Positions 29,461 through 39,990 of a stretch of DNA of 64,000 nt are shown piece by piece (the first letter of the stretch is position 1; each line of letters opens with the position of its first letter). The stretch is from positions 174,653-238,652 of the forward strand of contig CBDCQT010000003.1 in assembly GCA_965220745.1 (NCBI GenBank), in the 5' to 3' direction. This stretch comes from Alphaproteobacteria bacterium. GTDB taxonomy: Bacteria > Pseudomonadota > Alphaproteobacteria > UBA828. The translations under genes were made by a program, and so were the position numbers. The notes beneath the pieces were generated by a model. The model was not told where the DNA came from and did not search any database. It was given only the letters and a program-made list of their open reading frames with translations.

Positions 29461-29709
29461 ATGTCAAGAACCTCACTGGGTCTCATCTTTCTGTGCTTGA
29501 TGGTAGCCGTAGGCTCTACGGCGAGGGCACAGGACCTTCTCGAATGTCTCAACAATAGTGAACTGGTGGGGACGTGTTTCGATTCGGGGCCTATTTCCAA
29601 TGCCGCAGATGAACACTTTTCGAACTTGCTCGAGGAGTACGCCACAGAAGGAGCAGGGATCTGGACCCCTTCTGCCACGGAGCGATTTCAAGGGTACTTG
29701 TCTAAGTAA
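29461..29709 (+). CDS. Hypothetical exported protein (low GC)
   Basis: GGAG RBS, signal peptide ARA-Q. Confidence 0.55.
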   Translation: MSRTSLGLIFLCLMVAVGSTARAQDLLECLNNSELVGTCFDSGPISNAADEHFSNLLEEYATEGAGIWTPSATERFQGYLSK

Positions 29710-30206
29710 TGAACCCGGAAGATGACTCAAGCGCGCCTCAGCGCGAAGCCGAGGGTTCGCGTCACCTCGCGATAGTGCAGACTTATTTCGCTAGTCTGTT
29801 GGCCATTACCGCCGTCGGGGTCGTCGGCCTGCTCTCAGGATACTTGGTGGGGCACACCGGTTTAAACCACCCTCAAGTGACTGGCGCCGTCGTCCCTGCC
29901 GTGATCACAGGCATAGTAGCTGGGATTCTCTGGTTAGTTGTCAAGAGCACGAACATTAGAATTATCGTCGGCAGTCTCTCGGTGCTCCTCTTTTGCGGAC
30001 TCTTCTTTCTGGGAGGTAACTTAGGTGTCAGCGAGCGGGCGAAGGACAACACCAATGCGACCAACAACGCACGGAAATTGGAGAGGCAGCACCACTTCGA
30101 CCACCTAGAGTGGTGCTCTGACATCGAATACAGAATCAACAACCTTCGAAATAAGGCGAGCCTCCCCCCGTTGAGTAGCGAGTATTTCTGTCGCCAGAAG
30201 CGGTAG
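29709..30206 (+). CDS. Hypothetical membrane protein (low GC)
   Basis: Three TM segments; TAATG coupling to the previous ORF. Confidence 0.65.
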   Translation: MNPEDDSSAPQREAEGSRHLAIVQTYFASLLAITAVGVVGLLSGYLVGHTGLNHPQVTGAVVPAVITGIVAGILWLVVKSTNIRIIVGSLSVLLFCGLFFLGGNLGVSERAKDNTNATNNARKLERQHHFDHLEWCSDIEYRINNLRNKASLPPLSSEYFCRQKR

Positions 30207-30846
30207 TTTCAGACATCCTGACCTCATGAATTTGGTGCTTTGATCTGGAGTGTGTAGAGTTGTGTCGAAGCGCTTGAGATTCGAGCGTTTCTTTGCTGTT
30301 TCAGGCGGCGTATTCATTGACCGTAGTAGCTGGGTCTGCTTTTTCGGTGGTAGGGTTTTCGTGGCTCTAACCGTGTCCACTACCCTCCCTCTTTGCTCTC
30401 CAGAGGCGGTTCCGATCAGCAATATTTGCTTTGTTATTCTGATCTCGGTCGACACGCACACGCACCTTACCAATCTGGTTCCGTTTGACAGCTATGCCGC
30501 TGAAGTCCGTGTCGCGATGCTTCTGCGGATCGGCCGGCTGGCTGTGGTCAGGTTGGCTAATCTGTTGCTCACGCTCAGCCGCAGGTGCTGCTGGCGGGAG
30601 TCGCGCGAGATTCACGTTGTGCCGAATGTCGACGTGCCCGTGAGGTGACGGACGCCGGCGGCTTGGCGATCACCAGTGGTTTTAGCATCGATCTCCGAGA
30701 CGGTTCGGCGGCTCGCCGTCGCGATCACGGGAGGTGAGTTGTGGCTGCCCTGTGACCGAAACCGGCCCGCCGTCGTCATTTTCACCGAGAGAGTGCCGTC
30801 AATGCCCTCTCTACACGAAGCCTGCGCGTCGAGTGAACACGGAGCG

Positions 30847-31617
30847 AAGACCGGACACCAAGCCCGGATCTACGTGCTCCTCGAGCATAAGAGCAATGTC
30901 GACGCCGGCACGCCCCTTCAGATTCTGAAGTATATGGCCAACATCTGGCTCCGCGAGATCGAGGGCGGCACCGCCAGGGACAGGCTCCCCCCGATCATCC
31001 CGCTCGTGTTCTACCACGGCCAGGGTCGATGGACGGCGGCCCGCTCTGTGGCGGAAATGATCGAGGCGCCCGACGAGCTGGCACCCTTCCTGCGGGAGTT
31101 CGCCTACGTGCTACACGACCTCGGGGAGATAGCGCCGCTTAGACTGTCCCGAACGCCCGAGGTGCGGGCCGGGCTTCTGGCGCTCAAGATGGTCCATGCC
31201 GACGCCATCCCGCCTGACATTCTCGATCAGATGACCGGCGGGCCGGTTGCGGGAAGCGAGTTCGAGCGCCATATTGTTCGTTACATCGCGGAGCGCATGA
31301 ACCTGACGCCGCCCTTGCTGGAGGCGTGGTTGCGCCGGACGAAGCCGGACCGCTGGGAGGCGCTGATGGGCACTGTGGCGGAAGCCTGGATCGAACAGGG
31401 AAGAGCAGAGGGGATCGAGAAGGGCCTCGCCCAGGGCATCGCCACGGGCCAGGCCGGACTGCTTCTTCGCCAGCTGGAACTGCGTTTCGGTGAATTGCCG
31501 GTCACCGTTTGCGAGCGCGTTCGCGGCGCGTCGGCCTCCGAGCTCGAAGCCTGGGCCGTGGCGGTGCTGGTCGCGGCCAGCCTCGACGAGGTGCTGGCGG
31601 TCAAACCCGGGTCCTGA
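30847..31617 (+). pseudogene. Rpn (YhgA-like PD-(D/E)XK) gene lacking its N-terminal ~70 codons
   Basis: Homology to 53842-54867 starts only at KTGH.ARIYVLLEHKS. Confidence 0.85.
31366..31617 (+). CDS. Internal RpnS-type antitoxin ORF (83 aa)
   Basis: GGGAGG-cgctg-ATG in frame; MGTVAEAWIEQG plus 4-aa repeats and a DUF4351-like tail. Confidence 0.65.
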   Translation: MGTVAEAWIEQGRAEGIEKGLAQGIATGQAGLLLRQLELRFGELPVTVCERVRGASASELEAWAVAVLVAASLDEVLAVKPGS

Positions 31618-31805
31618 CTTCCGGGCGGCTGCCGCCCCACCGGTAAATGCGAGTTCCGCTCTGACTTATCGATTCGCTCGGGAAACGTCGTGATGGCAAC
31701 GGCCGTCCCGGAATTGCTGACGGTGTGGCGTTGCGTCGCGGAGCCCGGCATCTTCAACACGACAAAGCCGGCCCACCAGCTTGGCGTCGTCAAGCGGTTG
31801 GATGA

Positions 31806-34262
31806 TTGGAGAGCAAATTGGCTCGCCAGAACTCCGATAGCGACGAGGCCGCGCGCATTCGCGACCGCCTCGCTCGGCTCGATGCCGAACGCGATGCCCT
31901 GAAGGCACGGCTTGCCGAGCTCGAAGCCCAAGATCAAGGCGCGCCGAACGACAGCTCGAATTGTGAGCAGGTAACCGAGCGCTCGCCTGCGCGTGAGAAG
32001 GTCGCGCTGTTCCGATCGCTCTTCCGCGGCCGCGACGAGGTCTATCCCAAGCGCTGGGAGAACACCCGGACCCGAAAGTCGGGATACGCGCCCGCCTGCA
32101 GCAACGAGTGGAAACCGCAGGTATGCGGCAAGCCCAGGATCAAGTGCGGCTCATGCACCAACCAGGCCTTCCTTCCTGTCACCGACGAGGCGATGGTCGA
32201 CCACCTGCGCGGCCGCCACACGCTCGGTGTCTATCCCATGATGGCGGACAGCACGTGCCACTTCCTGGCCGCCGACTTCGACAAGGAGACATGGCGGAAA
32301 GATGCCGAAGCTTTTCTCGCCGTGTGCCGCTCGAAGGGCGTTCCGGCGGCCCTGGAGCGCTCGCGCTCGGGCAATGGTGGTCATGTCTGGATTTTCTTCG
32401 CCGAGGCCGTGCCCGCGATACTCGCCCGCCGCCTCGGCGCCCATCTTCTCACCGAAGCCATGGAGAACAACCCCGACATCGGCTTCAAGTCCTACGACCG
32501 GCTCTTTCCGAGCCAGGACACTCTGGCGGATGGTGGGTTTGGCAACCTCATCGCGCTACCCCTGCAGGGCGGCCCGCGCGAGAGCGGCAACAGCCTGTTT
32601 CTCGACGACGAGTTCGAGCCTTGTGCCGACCAGTGGGCCTTTCTGGCCACGGTTGGCCGCCTGAGCCTGGCGGAGGCCACGGCCATCGTCGACGAAGCCA
32701 GCAGGCAAGGCCGAGTCGTCGGCTTGCGCCTTCCGGTCGAAGAGGAAGACGAGAAGCCCTGGACGGCGCCGCCGTCGCGGCGGCGGTCTCCGCCGGCAAT
32801 CTCCGGCACGCTCCCCGAGCGGATCGACGCGGTTCTGGGTGACCAGCTCTACGTGCCGCGCGAGGGCCTGCCGCCGGGTCTGGTCAACCGGCTCGTCCGC
32901 CTCGCAGCATTCCAGAACCCGGAATTCTATCGTGCACAGGCGATGAAGCGCTCCACCTTCGGCATCTCCCGCATCGTCGCCAGCGCCGAACTCCTGTCCC
33001 ACCACATCGCCCTGCCGCGCGGCTGCCGCGCGGCGATGGAGCAGTTGCTCGACGAACTCGACATCGCCTGTCATGTGCGCGACGAACGCAACGTCGGCCG
33101 GCCTCTCGATATCGCCTTTCTCGGCGAGTTGATCCCGGAGCAGCAGGCGGCGGCCGAGGCCCTGCTGGCACACGAGACCGGCGTGCTGGCGGCAGCGACG
33201 GGGTTCGGCAAGACGGTGGTCGCCGCCTCCGTGATTGCCGCGCGCAAGGTGAACACGCTCATTCTGGTTCACCGCAACCAGCTGATGGATCAGTGGGTCG
33301 CGCGGCTGGGGGCGTTCCTGGATCTTCCGAAAGGCGCGATAGGACGTATCGGCGGAGGCAATCGAAAGCCGGGCGGCATCGCCGATGTGGGCACGTTGCA
33401 GAGCCTTGAGCGCGACAACGTGGTGGACGACGTCGTGGCCGACTACGGACATCTGGTGGTCGACGAGTGCCACCATCTCTCGGCGACCAAGTTCGAGATG
33501 GTAGCGCGGCGTGCCAAGGCCCGTTACGTCCTCGGGCTGTCGGCGACGGTCACGCGCCGGGACGGTCATCATCCCATCGTCTTCATGCAGTGCGGCCCGG
33601 TGCGGTACCGGGCGAGCGCCAAGGCGGAGGCGCGCCGCCACCCGTTCAGGCATCGGGCGATCCTGCGTCCGACTTCGTTCAGGTTGCCCGGCAACGACGA
33701 CGAAGATCGTCCGCCGATCCAGAACATTTACGCCGCGCTGGCCGACGATGAAGCTCGCAACGCGCTGATTTTCGACGATGTGCTGACGGCGCTGGAAGCG
33801 GGCCGCTCACCGATCCTTCTGACCGAGCGCAAGGACCACGCCGACCGCTTTGCGGAGAGGCTCGGCCGTTTCGCCCGCAACGTGATCCTTCTGCGCGGAG
33901 GCATGGGGGCGAAGCAGCGCCGTGAGGTCATGCAGCGTCTCGAAGATGTACCCGATCACGAGGAGCGTGTTCTCGTCGCGACTGGCCGCTATATCGGTGA
34001 GGGGTTCGACGACGCCCGCCTCGATACGCTGTTCCTGACCATGCCGATATCGTGGAGGGGGACACTCGCTCAGTATGTCGGTCGCCTGCACCGCAATCAT
34101 CCGGAGAAGCGCGAGGTGCTGGTCTACGACTACCTCGACGACGCCGTGCCGGCGCTTCGGCGCATGGCAGCAAAGCGCGTTCGCGGATACGAGAACCTCG
34201 GCTACACGGTCGAGACGCCCGATGCGCTGAGCATCAAGCGAGACTCTTCGGGCGATGCATAG
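31806..34262 (+). CDS. AEP-primase-like domain + SF2 (ResIII-like) helicase, TOTE-type architecture
   Basis: FLAADFD, ERSRSGNGGHVWIFF, GNLIALPLQ; AATGFGKT, DECHH, LSAT, GEGFD, QYVGRLHR. Confidence 0.88.
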   Translation: MESKLARQNSDSDEAARIRDRLARLDAERDALKARLAELEAQDQGAPNDSSNCEQVTERSPAREKVALFRSLFRGRDEVYPKRWENTRTRKSGYAPACSNEWKPQVCGKPRIKCGSCTNQAFLPVTDEAMVDHLRGRHTLGVYPMMADSTCHFLAADFDKETWRKDAEAFLAVCRSKGVPAALERSRSGNGGHVWIFFAEAVPAILARRLGAHLLTEAMENNPDIGFKSYDRLFPSQDTLADGGFGNLIALPLQGGPRESGNSLFLDDEFEPCADQWAFLATVGRLSLAEATAIVDEASRQGRVVGLRLPVEEEDEKPWTAPPSRRRSPPAISGTLPERIDAVLGDQLYVPREGLPPGLVNRLVRLAAFQNPEFYRAQAMKRSTFGISRIVASAELLSHHIALPRGCRAAMEQLLDELDIACHVRDERNVGRPLDIAFLGELIPEQQAAAEALLAHETGVLAAATGFGKTVVAASVIAARKVNTLILVHRNQLMDQWVARLGAFLDLPKGAIGRIGGGNRKPGGIADVGTLQSLERDNVVDDVVADYGHLVVDECHHLSATKFEMVARRAKARYVLGLSATVTRRDGHHPIVFMQCGPVRYRASAKAEARRHPFRHRAILRPTSFRLPGNDDEDRPPIQNIYAALADDEARNALIFDDVLTALEAGRSPILLTERKDHADRFAERLGRFARNVILLRGGMGAKQRREVMQRLEDVPDHEERVLVATGRYIGEGFDDARLDTLFLTMPISWRGTLAQYVGRLHRNHPEKREVLVYDYLDDAVPALRRMAAKRVRGYENLGYTVETPDALSIKRDSSGDA

Positions 34263-35011
34263 CGGAGGAGGAGGCGTCGCCGCGATCAACGGCCGACAAT
34301 GTCGCGCCTTGCATCCGGCTCATCGCCCGCGGCGCGTTCTTCGGCATGCGCCACCGTGGTGAAAGCCGAGTTGATCGCCTGTTTAGGTCCGCTCCGGATC
34401 GATCCAAACGCCTCTCCACGTTCGCTATCGGTTTCAGGGGATCCGCCATACCGCCGAATTCGGCTTGGCCACCATCACCGCCTTCATGACGATGTCATCG
34501 TACGCGCCGTCGAACCTGGTGTGATCGTCGTGACCAGCGTTGTTCCAGAACATTCCGTGCGAGCCGTGCCTGACGCGTACGTGGGCGTACGTCGTAAAGG
34601 CCCTCGATCGCTACGAGAGCGACATGTCGACCAGGCTGTTCGTGTGGGACCAATTTCCGGGCGCCTACCCCACACTCCTCGGCAACATCGCGGTGAGTCG
34701 GGCCCGCGTGATCCTGAAATTCATGGAAGACGCGGGCCAGACTTTCGCCCAGGCCCACAACGCGCTGAACATGCTGGGGCCAGAGACATGGTAGACCTGA
34801 GCATGTGCACAAGGGGGGCTATGGCTGACAAGATGACCGTCGGACGGTTCATCCTCCTCCCGCTGGGTTTGGCGATCGCGTGCGCGGTCCTGGCGGTGAT
34901 CATGCTTCAATTTGTTCAGCTATGAGGATGCGGAGCCAACGGGGCTGGGCGGCGCCGTGTGGGACGGGAGCTATCTTTGCGCCTTCAGTTCCCGAACCAG
35001 GGCTCGCACTA

Positions 35012-36065
35012 GAGCATTTTTCGATCTTAGAGAATCTTTAGAATTTTCAATCGCTTGGATTTGTGATTCAAGATGCAGGCTGGTGAAGGAGGCCAGCCTG
35101 CATGACACGACCTCTTTCGAATGATCTGCGTCGCCGGGTGGTGACGGCGGTGGTAGACGGCGGCATGACCCGCCGGGGCGCGGCAAGGCGCTTCGGGATT
35201 GCGCCGTCGACGGCGATCAAGTGGGTCGATGCCTGGCGCCGCACGGGGAGCTATCGCCCCAGAGCGCAAGGCGGCGACAGGCGCTCGCGGCGGATCGAGG
35301 CCCATGCTGAGGTGGTGCTTGCGCTGGTCGACGAGACCCCAGACATGACGCTGGCGGAGATCGCCACCCATCTGGAAGACGAGCACGGTCTGCGGGTCTC
35401 CCAGAGTACCGTGTGGCGCTTCTTCCACCGCCGCGGCATCACCTTCAAAAAAACGGCGCACGCCAGCGAGCAGCAGCGCCCTGACGTGCTCAGGCGCAGG
35501 CGCGCCTGGGTCGACACCCAACCCGATCTCGACCCTGAGAAGCTCGTCTTCGTCGATGAAACAGGCGCTTCCACCAAGATGGCGCGACGATGCGGCCGGG
35601 CTCCTCGCGGACATCGCTGCCGCGCGCCTGTACCCCATGGGCACTGGAAGACCACAACCTTCGTCGGCGCCTTGAGGCTGAGCGGAATGACCGCACCCAT
35701 GGTGCTCGACGGTGCCATGCACGGGGCCGCTTTCTTCGCCTACGTCGAACAGGTGCTGGTGCCCGCGCTCGAGCCCGGCGACATCGTGGTGATGGACAAC
35801 CTTGCCTGCCACCGCAGCGCCGCCGTGCGCGACGCCATCCAAAGCGCCGGGGCCGAGTTGCGCTTCCTGCCGCCATACAGTCCCGACTTCAACCCGATCG
35901 AAATGGCCTTCTCCAAGCTCAAGGCCTCCCTCAAACGACGCGCCGCCCGCTCCGTCAACGAACTCTGGGAGGCCATCGGCGAGGCCACAGACACCTTCAC
36001 ACCCGCTGAGTGCCAAAACTACTTCGCTGCTGCGGGATATGACTACGTGTGATCGGATAGCGCTC
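35012..36065 (+). mobile_element. IS630-family element
   Basis: Imperfect IR TAGAGCATTTTTCGATC / GATCGGATAGCGCTCTA with flanking TA. Confidence 0.88.
35102..36052 (+). CDS. IS630 transposase (single frame through the A7 run)
   Basis: FVDET, VMDNL..H, LPPYSPDFNPIE. Confidence 0.95.
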   Translation: MTRPLSNDLRRRVVTAVVDGGMTRRGAARRFGIAPSTAIKWVDAWRRTGSYRPRAQGGDRRSRRIEAHAEVVLALVDETPDMTLAEIATHLEDEHGLRVSQSTVWRFFHRRGITFKKTAHASEQQRPDVLRRRRAWVDTQPDLDPEKLVFVDETGASTKMARRCGRAPRGHRCRAPVPHGHWKTTTFVGALRLSGMTAPMVLDGAMHGAAFFAYVEQVLVPALEPGDIVVMDNLACHRSAAVRDAIQSAGAELRFLPPYSPDFNPIEMAFSKLKASLKRRAARSVNELWEAIGEATDTFTPAECQNYFAAAGYDYV

Positions 36066-36068
36066 TAG

Positions 36069-37500
36069 TACTACAGTTTCGTTTTACTGCTCTGTATGGC
36101 TCTCTGGGCCGAACGGCTGCGGAGAGGTGGATCGATGAGCGTGGCGGATTGGTCGGGCTCGCTTCTGGAATGGGAGCGCGAGCTGGGGTTGTGGAAGCTG
36201 CGTCTGGGCCCGGTATTCGGGCGTCGTGAGGTGCGCGAGACGGGGAGCGCGTTTTTGGACGGCCTGCTGTCGGGGATCGCGCGCAAGACGGGCTGGATGA
36301 TGGCGGAACAGGCGGGGCTGTCCCGGCCGTGGCGGATGCAGGCGCTTCTGGGCCGCAGCCGCTGGGATGCCGAGGCGCTGCGGGACGAGGTCCGAGCCTA
36401 TGCGCTCGAGGCGCTGGGCTGCCCGGACGGCGTGCTGGTGGTCGATGAGACGGGCTTCGTGAAGAAGGGCCGGCATTCGGTCGGTGTTGCCCGCCAGTAT
36501 TCGGGGACGGCGGGTCGTGTCGAGAACAGCCAGGTCGGTGTCTTTCTTGCCTACGCGGGCCATCTTGGGCAGGCGCTGATCGACCGCCGGCTTTATCTGC
36601 CGCGCGCGTGGGCCGAGGACGGCGCACGTCGGGCCAAGACGCAGGTGCCCGACGAGATCGTCTTTGCGACCAAGCCGGCGCTCGCCCGCGCGATGATTGC
36701 TGCGGCGCTCGATGCGGACCTGCCCTGCGCCTTCGTTCTCGCCGACGCGGTCTATGGCTCAGATACCCGGCTGCGGCGCATGCTGGAAGAGCGAGGACAG
36801 AGCTATGTGCTGGCGGTGCGCAGCAACCACACTCTGCGCTTTGTCACCCCGTCCGGGCTGATCGAGACCGATCCCGCGACCATGGCCGATGATCTGGACG
36901 ACGGGGCCTGGGCGGCCCATGCCGCCGGCGAGGGCAGCAAGGGCCCAAGGCTCTACGACTGGGCTCGCATCGCCCTGGGCCGGCCCTGCGACGAAGGGCC
37001 GGAACGATGGTTGCTCATCCGCCGTTCCCGCAACGATCCGAACAAGCGGGCCTACTCTCTCGTCTTCTGCCCCCAAGACACCACGCTCGCCGAACTCGCC
37101 GGTGTCGCAGGCCTGCGATGGACCATCGAGGAGTGCTTCCAGAGAGCCAAGGACGACCTCGGCCTCGACCATTGCGAGGCCCGCTCCTGGCACGGTTGGC
37201 ATCGCCACATCAGTCTCGTCATGGCCGCGGCCGCCTTCCTCGCCAAACTCGCTGCCGAGCTGCGAAGCGCCGCATCCGGCAAAGAGAACGAAACGAGTCC
37301 CAACCCGCCAATCGCCGCCTGATGCTCCTCGCCGCCCTCGTGCCTTCGGTCCCCGAAATCCAAACCCTTCTCGCTCGCTTGATATTCAAACCGTCGCAAA
37401 GAGCTTCCGACATCATCCAGTGGTCTCTATGGCGACGGCAACACCAAGCCTCAGCGGCTGTCTCTCACTACAAGAAACGAACATAAACGCAACTGTAGTA
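36069..37500 (+). mobile_element. IS701-family element A
   Basis: IR TACTACAGTT(T/G)CGTTT; TSD CTAG at 36065-36068 and 37501-37504. Confidence 0.93.
36135..37322 (+). CDS. IS701 transposase
   Basis: VVDETGF.KKG, VARQYSGTAG, ADAVYG, RWTIEECF, EARSWHGWHRH. Confidence 0.95.
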   Translation: MSVADWSGSLLEWERELGLWKLRLGPVFGRREVRETGSAFLDGLLSGIARKTGWMMAEQAGLSRPWRMQALLGRSRWDAEALRDEVRAYALEALGCPDGVLVVDETGFVKKGRHSVGVARQYSGTAGRVENSQVGVFLAYAGHLGQALIDRRLYLPRAWAEDGARRAKTQVPDEIVFATKPALARAMIAAALDADLPCAFVLADAVYGSDTRLRRMLEERGQSYVLAVRSNHTLRFVTPSGLIETDPATMADDLDDGAWAAHAAGEGSKGPRLYDWARIALGRPCDEGPERWLLIRRSRNDPNKRAYSLVFCPQDTTLAELAGVAGLRWTIEECFQRAKDDLGLDHCEARSWHGWHRHISLVMAAAAFLAKLAAELRSAASGKENETSPNPPIAA

Positions 37501-37523
37501 CTAGTGGTCGCCCACTCGCCTTC

Positions 37524-38399
37524 TTACTTACTGCGCAGCGCAGCATCGCGCTCGTTCGTACCTTTGTGGCCGGAGGGCAGGTAGCCGAAGCGCTCCATTT
37601 GGGCGCGGTGACGCTCCACCACGCGGCGGACCTGCGCGTCGTCCAGCACCTCCCGCCAGCCGCCCTCCTTGCCGGCACGGAAGAAGCGCTCCTGCGACGG
37701 GGTGCGCTCGATAAAGCCGGTGCGGTCCTCCTGCGCGCGCAGTGAGCGGAAGGACGAGTACCGCATCGCCCGCTCCAGGCGCTCGCGCGGCGGCTTGAGG
37801 CCGAGGAAGGCCGAAATGGCGCGAAAAGTCGGGCCGGGCCGGCGGCTCATGTCTTCGTAGCGCACGACGTGGAGCTGCGGATGCGAGCTGGCGGTCCAGC
37901 TCTCGACATGGGTGGACCAGTCGCTGTGGTGCTCGGGCACTTGGTCCGCCGACGCGGGAGAATGGAATCCCCTTGTCTCCATGAGCGTGATGACGTCGTC
38001 CGTCGGCTGGCCCAGGTGGTGGGCGTATGAGACGACCACGTCGAGCGGGTTGCGCACGACGTAGATCGCCCCTGCCGTGAGCGACTGGGTAATCATAGGC
38101 ACGCCGTCGACTTCGACGAGGGCGTTGTGGGTCTTGACCATGACGGTATCGGGCGCGCTCTCGGCGATGAGTGCGTGCACCCTGGGCCTGAGGCGCGCAA
38201 GATCCTCCCCGCCCAGCGCCGCCGGCGATCGGGAATCGAACCGCTCGTACCAGTGCGCTTGGCTGTCGCCCGCTGTCAACTCGGACATTCGGTTGATGTC
38301 AAAGGGCGCGCGCGAATTCCGCAGCAGGTTATGCAGAAAGGCGCGTAGCCACGTGTTGCCCGACTTGGGGTAGGAGGCGAGCCACAGGATACCGCTCAT
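37524..38399 (-). CDS. PAPS-dependent sulfotransferase (copy 2)
   Basis: Near-identical to copy 1; SYPKSGNTW. Confidence 0.92.
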   Translation of the reverse strand: MSGILWLASYPKSGNTWLRAFLHNLLRNSRAPFDINRMSELTAGDSQAHWYERFDSRSPAALGGEDLARLRPRVHALIAESAPDTVMVKTHNALVEVDGVPMITQSLTAGAIYVVRNPLDVVVSYAHHLGQPTDDVITLMETRGFHSPASADQVPEHHSDWSTHVESWTASSHPQLHVVRYEDMSRRPGPTFRAISAFLGLKPPRERLERAMRYSSFRSLRAQEDRTGFIERTPSQERFFRAGKEGGWREVLDDAQVRRVVERHRAQMERFGYLPSGHKGTNERDAALRSK

Positions 38400-38444
38400 A
38401 TGCAAATTGCCAGTGGCCACCCCTCGGAAACAAGCTTAAGTAGA

Positions 38445-38466
38445 GGGAGCGGCCGAAGCCGCTCCC
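38445..38466 (-). terminator. UUCG hairpin after porin 2 (weak U tract)
   Basis: GGGAGCGGC-TTCG-GCCGCTCCC then TCTACTT. Confidence 0.65.
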
Positions 38467-38495
38467 CCAAAGCCATAGACGACGATGTTCCACGC

Positions 38496-39488
38496 CTAGA
38501 AGTTGAGCATCGTCCCCAGAAGGATCTGAGTGAAGTCGTCCATGCCCTTCTCGCCCGCGCCGATCTGCAGCCCGAGATCGACTCCCGCTCCGAGATTGTA
38601 GTTGGCATTGAAGGTTACGATGCTGCTGTTCTCGGACTCGCTATCACCATACTGAACGCCCAGCATCATGGGGCCGTCGGTCCAGGACACGCCGACATCG
38701 GAATGCGAGTTCGATACTCCGCCGATTTCCTGATCGTACACGGCACCGCCGAGCGCGATCTGGTCGATGCTGATCGAGGCCCCGTAGCGCAAGCCCGAGG
38801 GATCTTCACCGCCGCCCTCGTTCGTGTAGCCCTCGTAGCCGACATTGGTGCTGAAGCTACCGCCCATGACGTCGACCGAGTAGCTAAGGGCGACAGATAC
38901 CCCCTCCGAGTTCTGCCCCGCTTCGTCATTGGTCCTTCCAGCATAGGAGTCTGTCGAATTCTCAGGCGCGTAGCTCGCCGCAAGGGAAAGGCCGTTGAAG
39001 TTCGGCGAGAAGTAGACAACCTTGAGCGCATCCTCGTTCATGATGTCGTTCGTCGTCCACATGCCGTCAATTCCTTGGAACCACGGCGACTTGATACCAC
39101 CGATCGGCACGGTCCCTCCCGGCGCCCAGATAACCGTCTGCTGCGCGGCGCCTTCGATTGCGCCGACATGAAAGGAGCCGAAGCCGCCCTTGAAATAGAC
39201 TTCCTGCTCATCGCTGTGTTCGTAATCGTTCGCGGTGAAGCGGACGCGCACACCAGAGGTAATGCCGTTGTCCAGCGTGGTCTCTGCTCTGAGCTGCATC
39301 TCCATGTTCTGGTTGATGCCGTGGCCACGATCATTGACACCGTCCTGGTCGTAGCCGATGGCGGCGATCGTGTAGTAGCCGCCCACGCCGACTTCCATCG
39401 GCACCATCATGTCCTGAGCCTGCGCCGCACCAGCCGCGAAAGCACCAGCGGCTACGAGCGCCGTAGTTCCCAAAAGGAGTCGCTTCAT
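38496..39488 (-). CDS. Porin 2 (preceded by GAGGAG RBS; predicted expressed copy)
   Basis: Paralogue of porin 1; upstream AACAGAGGAGACAGAAGC-ATG. Confidence 0.9.
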   Translation of the reverse strand: MKRLLLGTTALVAAGAFAAGAAQAQDMMVPMEVGVGGYYTIAAIGYDQDGVNDRGHGINQNMEMQLRAETTLDNGITSGVRVRFTANDYEHSDEQEVYFKGGFGSFHVGAIEGAAQQTVIWAPGGTVPIGGIKSPWFQGIDGMWTTNDIMNEDALKVVYFSPNFNGLSLAASYAPENSTDSYAGRTNDEAGQNSEGVSVALSYSVDVMGGSFSTNVGYEGYTNEGGGEDPSGLRYGASISIDQIALGGAVYDQEIGGVSNSHSDVGVSWTDGPMMLGVQYGDSESENSSIVTFNANYNLGAGVDLGLQIGAGEKGMDDFTQILLGTMLNF

Positions 39489-39493
39489 GCTTC

Positions 39494-39985
39494 TGTCTCC
39501 TCTGTTTTCATTGGTCCAAAGCCTCTGGGTCTCATACCGCCCGTGCTCGGACCGGTCCCAACCCACTGGAGCCGGAGAATGAGGCAACCGACCCCCCTCG
39601 CGCAACCGAATTTATGACCGAATTCTAACGGTCGGTCGTTTTCCATGAGCACTGTGGCCAAAATGCCACGACACCCCCTCTCCGCCATGCCACGCACGTC
39701 AATCAGGCCCGCCGGCACCGACCCGATCCCGCTCTCCCGCCTCGTCCCGGACCGGCCCGAGTCGCCGCCGTCGAGAGCGTGCGACTCGACCCCGAGAGGG
39801 GCGATCCCGCCGTCGACATGTAGGGTTTGAGCGACAGGAATACGCAGGACTACGCTTACGTTGTAATCAATCCGCTTCCTGAGCGCTTACGGAAATTCTC
39901 GGGCGCTCAGCGCCAGCGCGTCAGGACCTCATAATTACCCCATCATAACAGCGGAGTACAGAATCACCTCCAAAATTGCGCTCGC
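39494..39985. promoter_or_regulatory. 492-bp putative invertible promoter/RBS segment, copy 2 (intact)
   Basis: Flanked by 124-bp inverted repeats (39370-39493/39986-40109, 3 mismatches seen) starting with the core; contains array GCGACAGGAA-TACGCAGGAC-TACGCTTACG at 39831-39860. Confidence 0.75.
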
Positions 39986-39990
39986 GAAGC

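Noticed and set aside
34490-34925. Short ORFs between the helicase and IS630
   Set aside because: Interrupted by stops, with no recognisable motif; cannot support a call.
39489-39605. Extended porin starts from the ORF track (MREGG..., MRSRS...)
   Set aside because: The signal peptide and RBS place the start at MK(K/R); the extensions are leader DNA.
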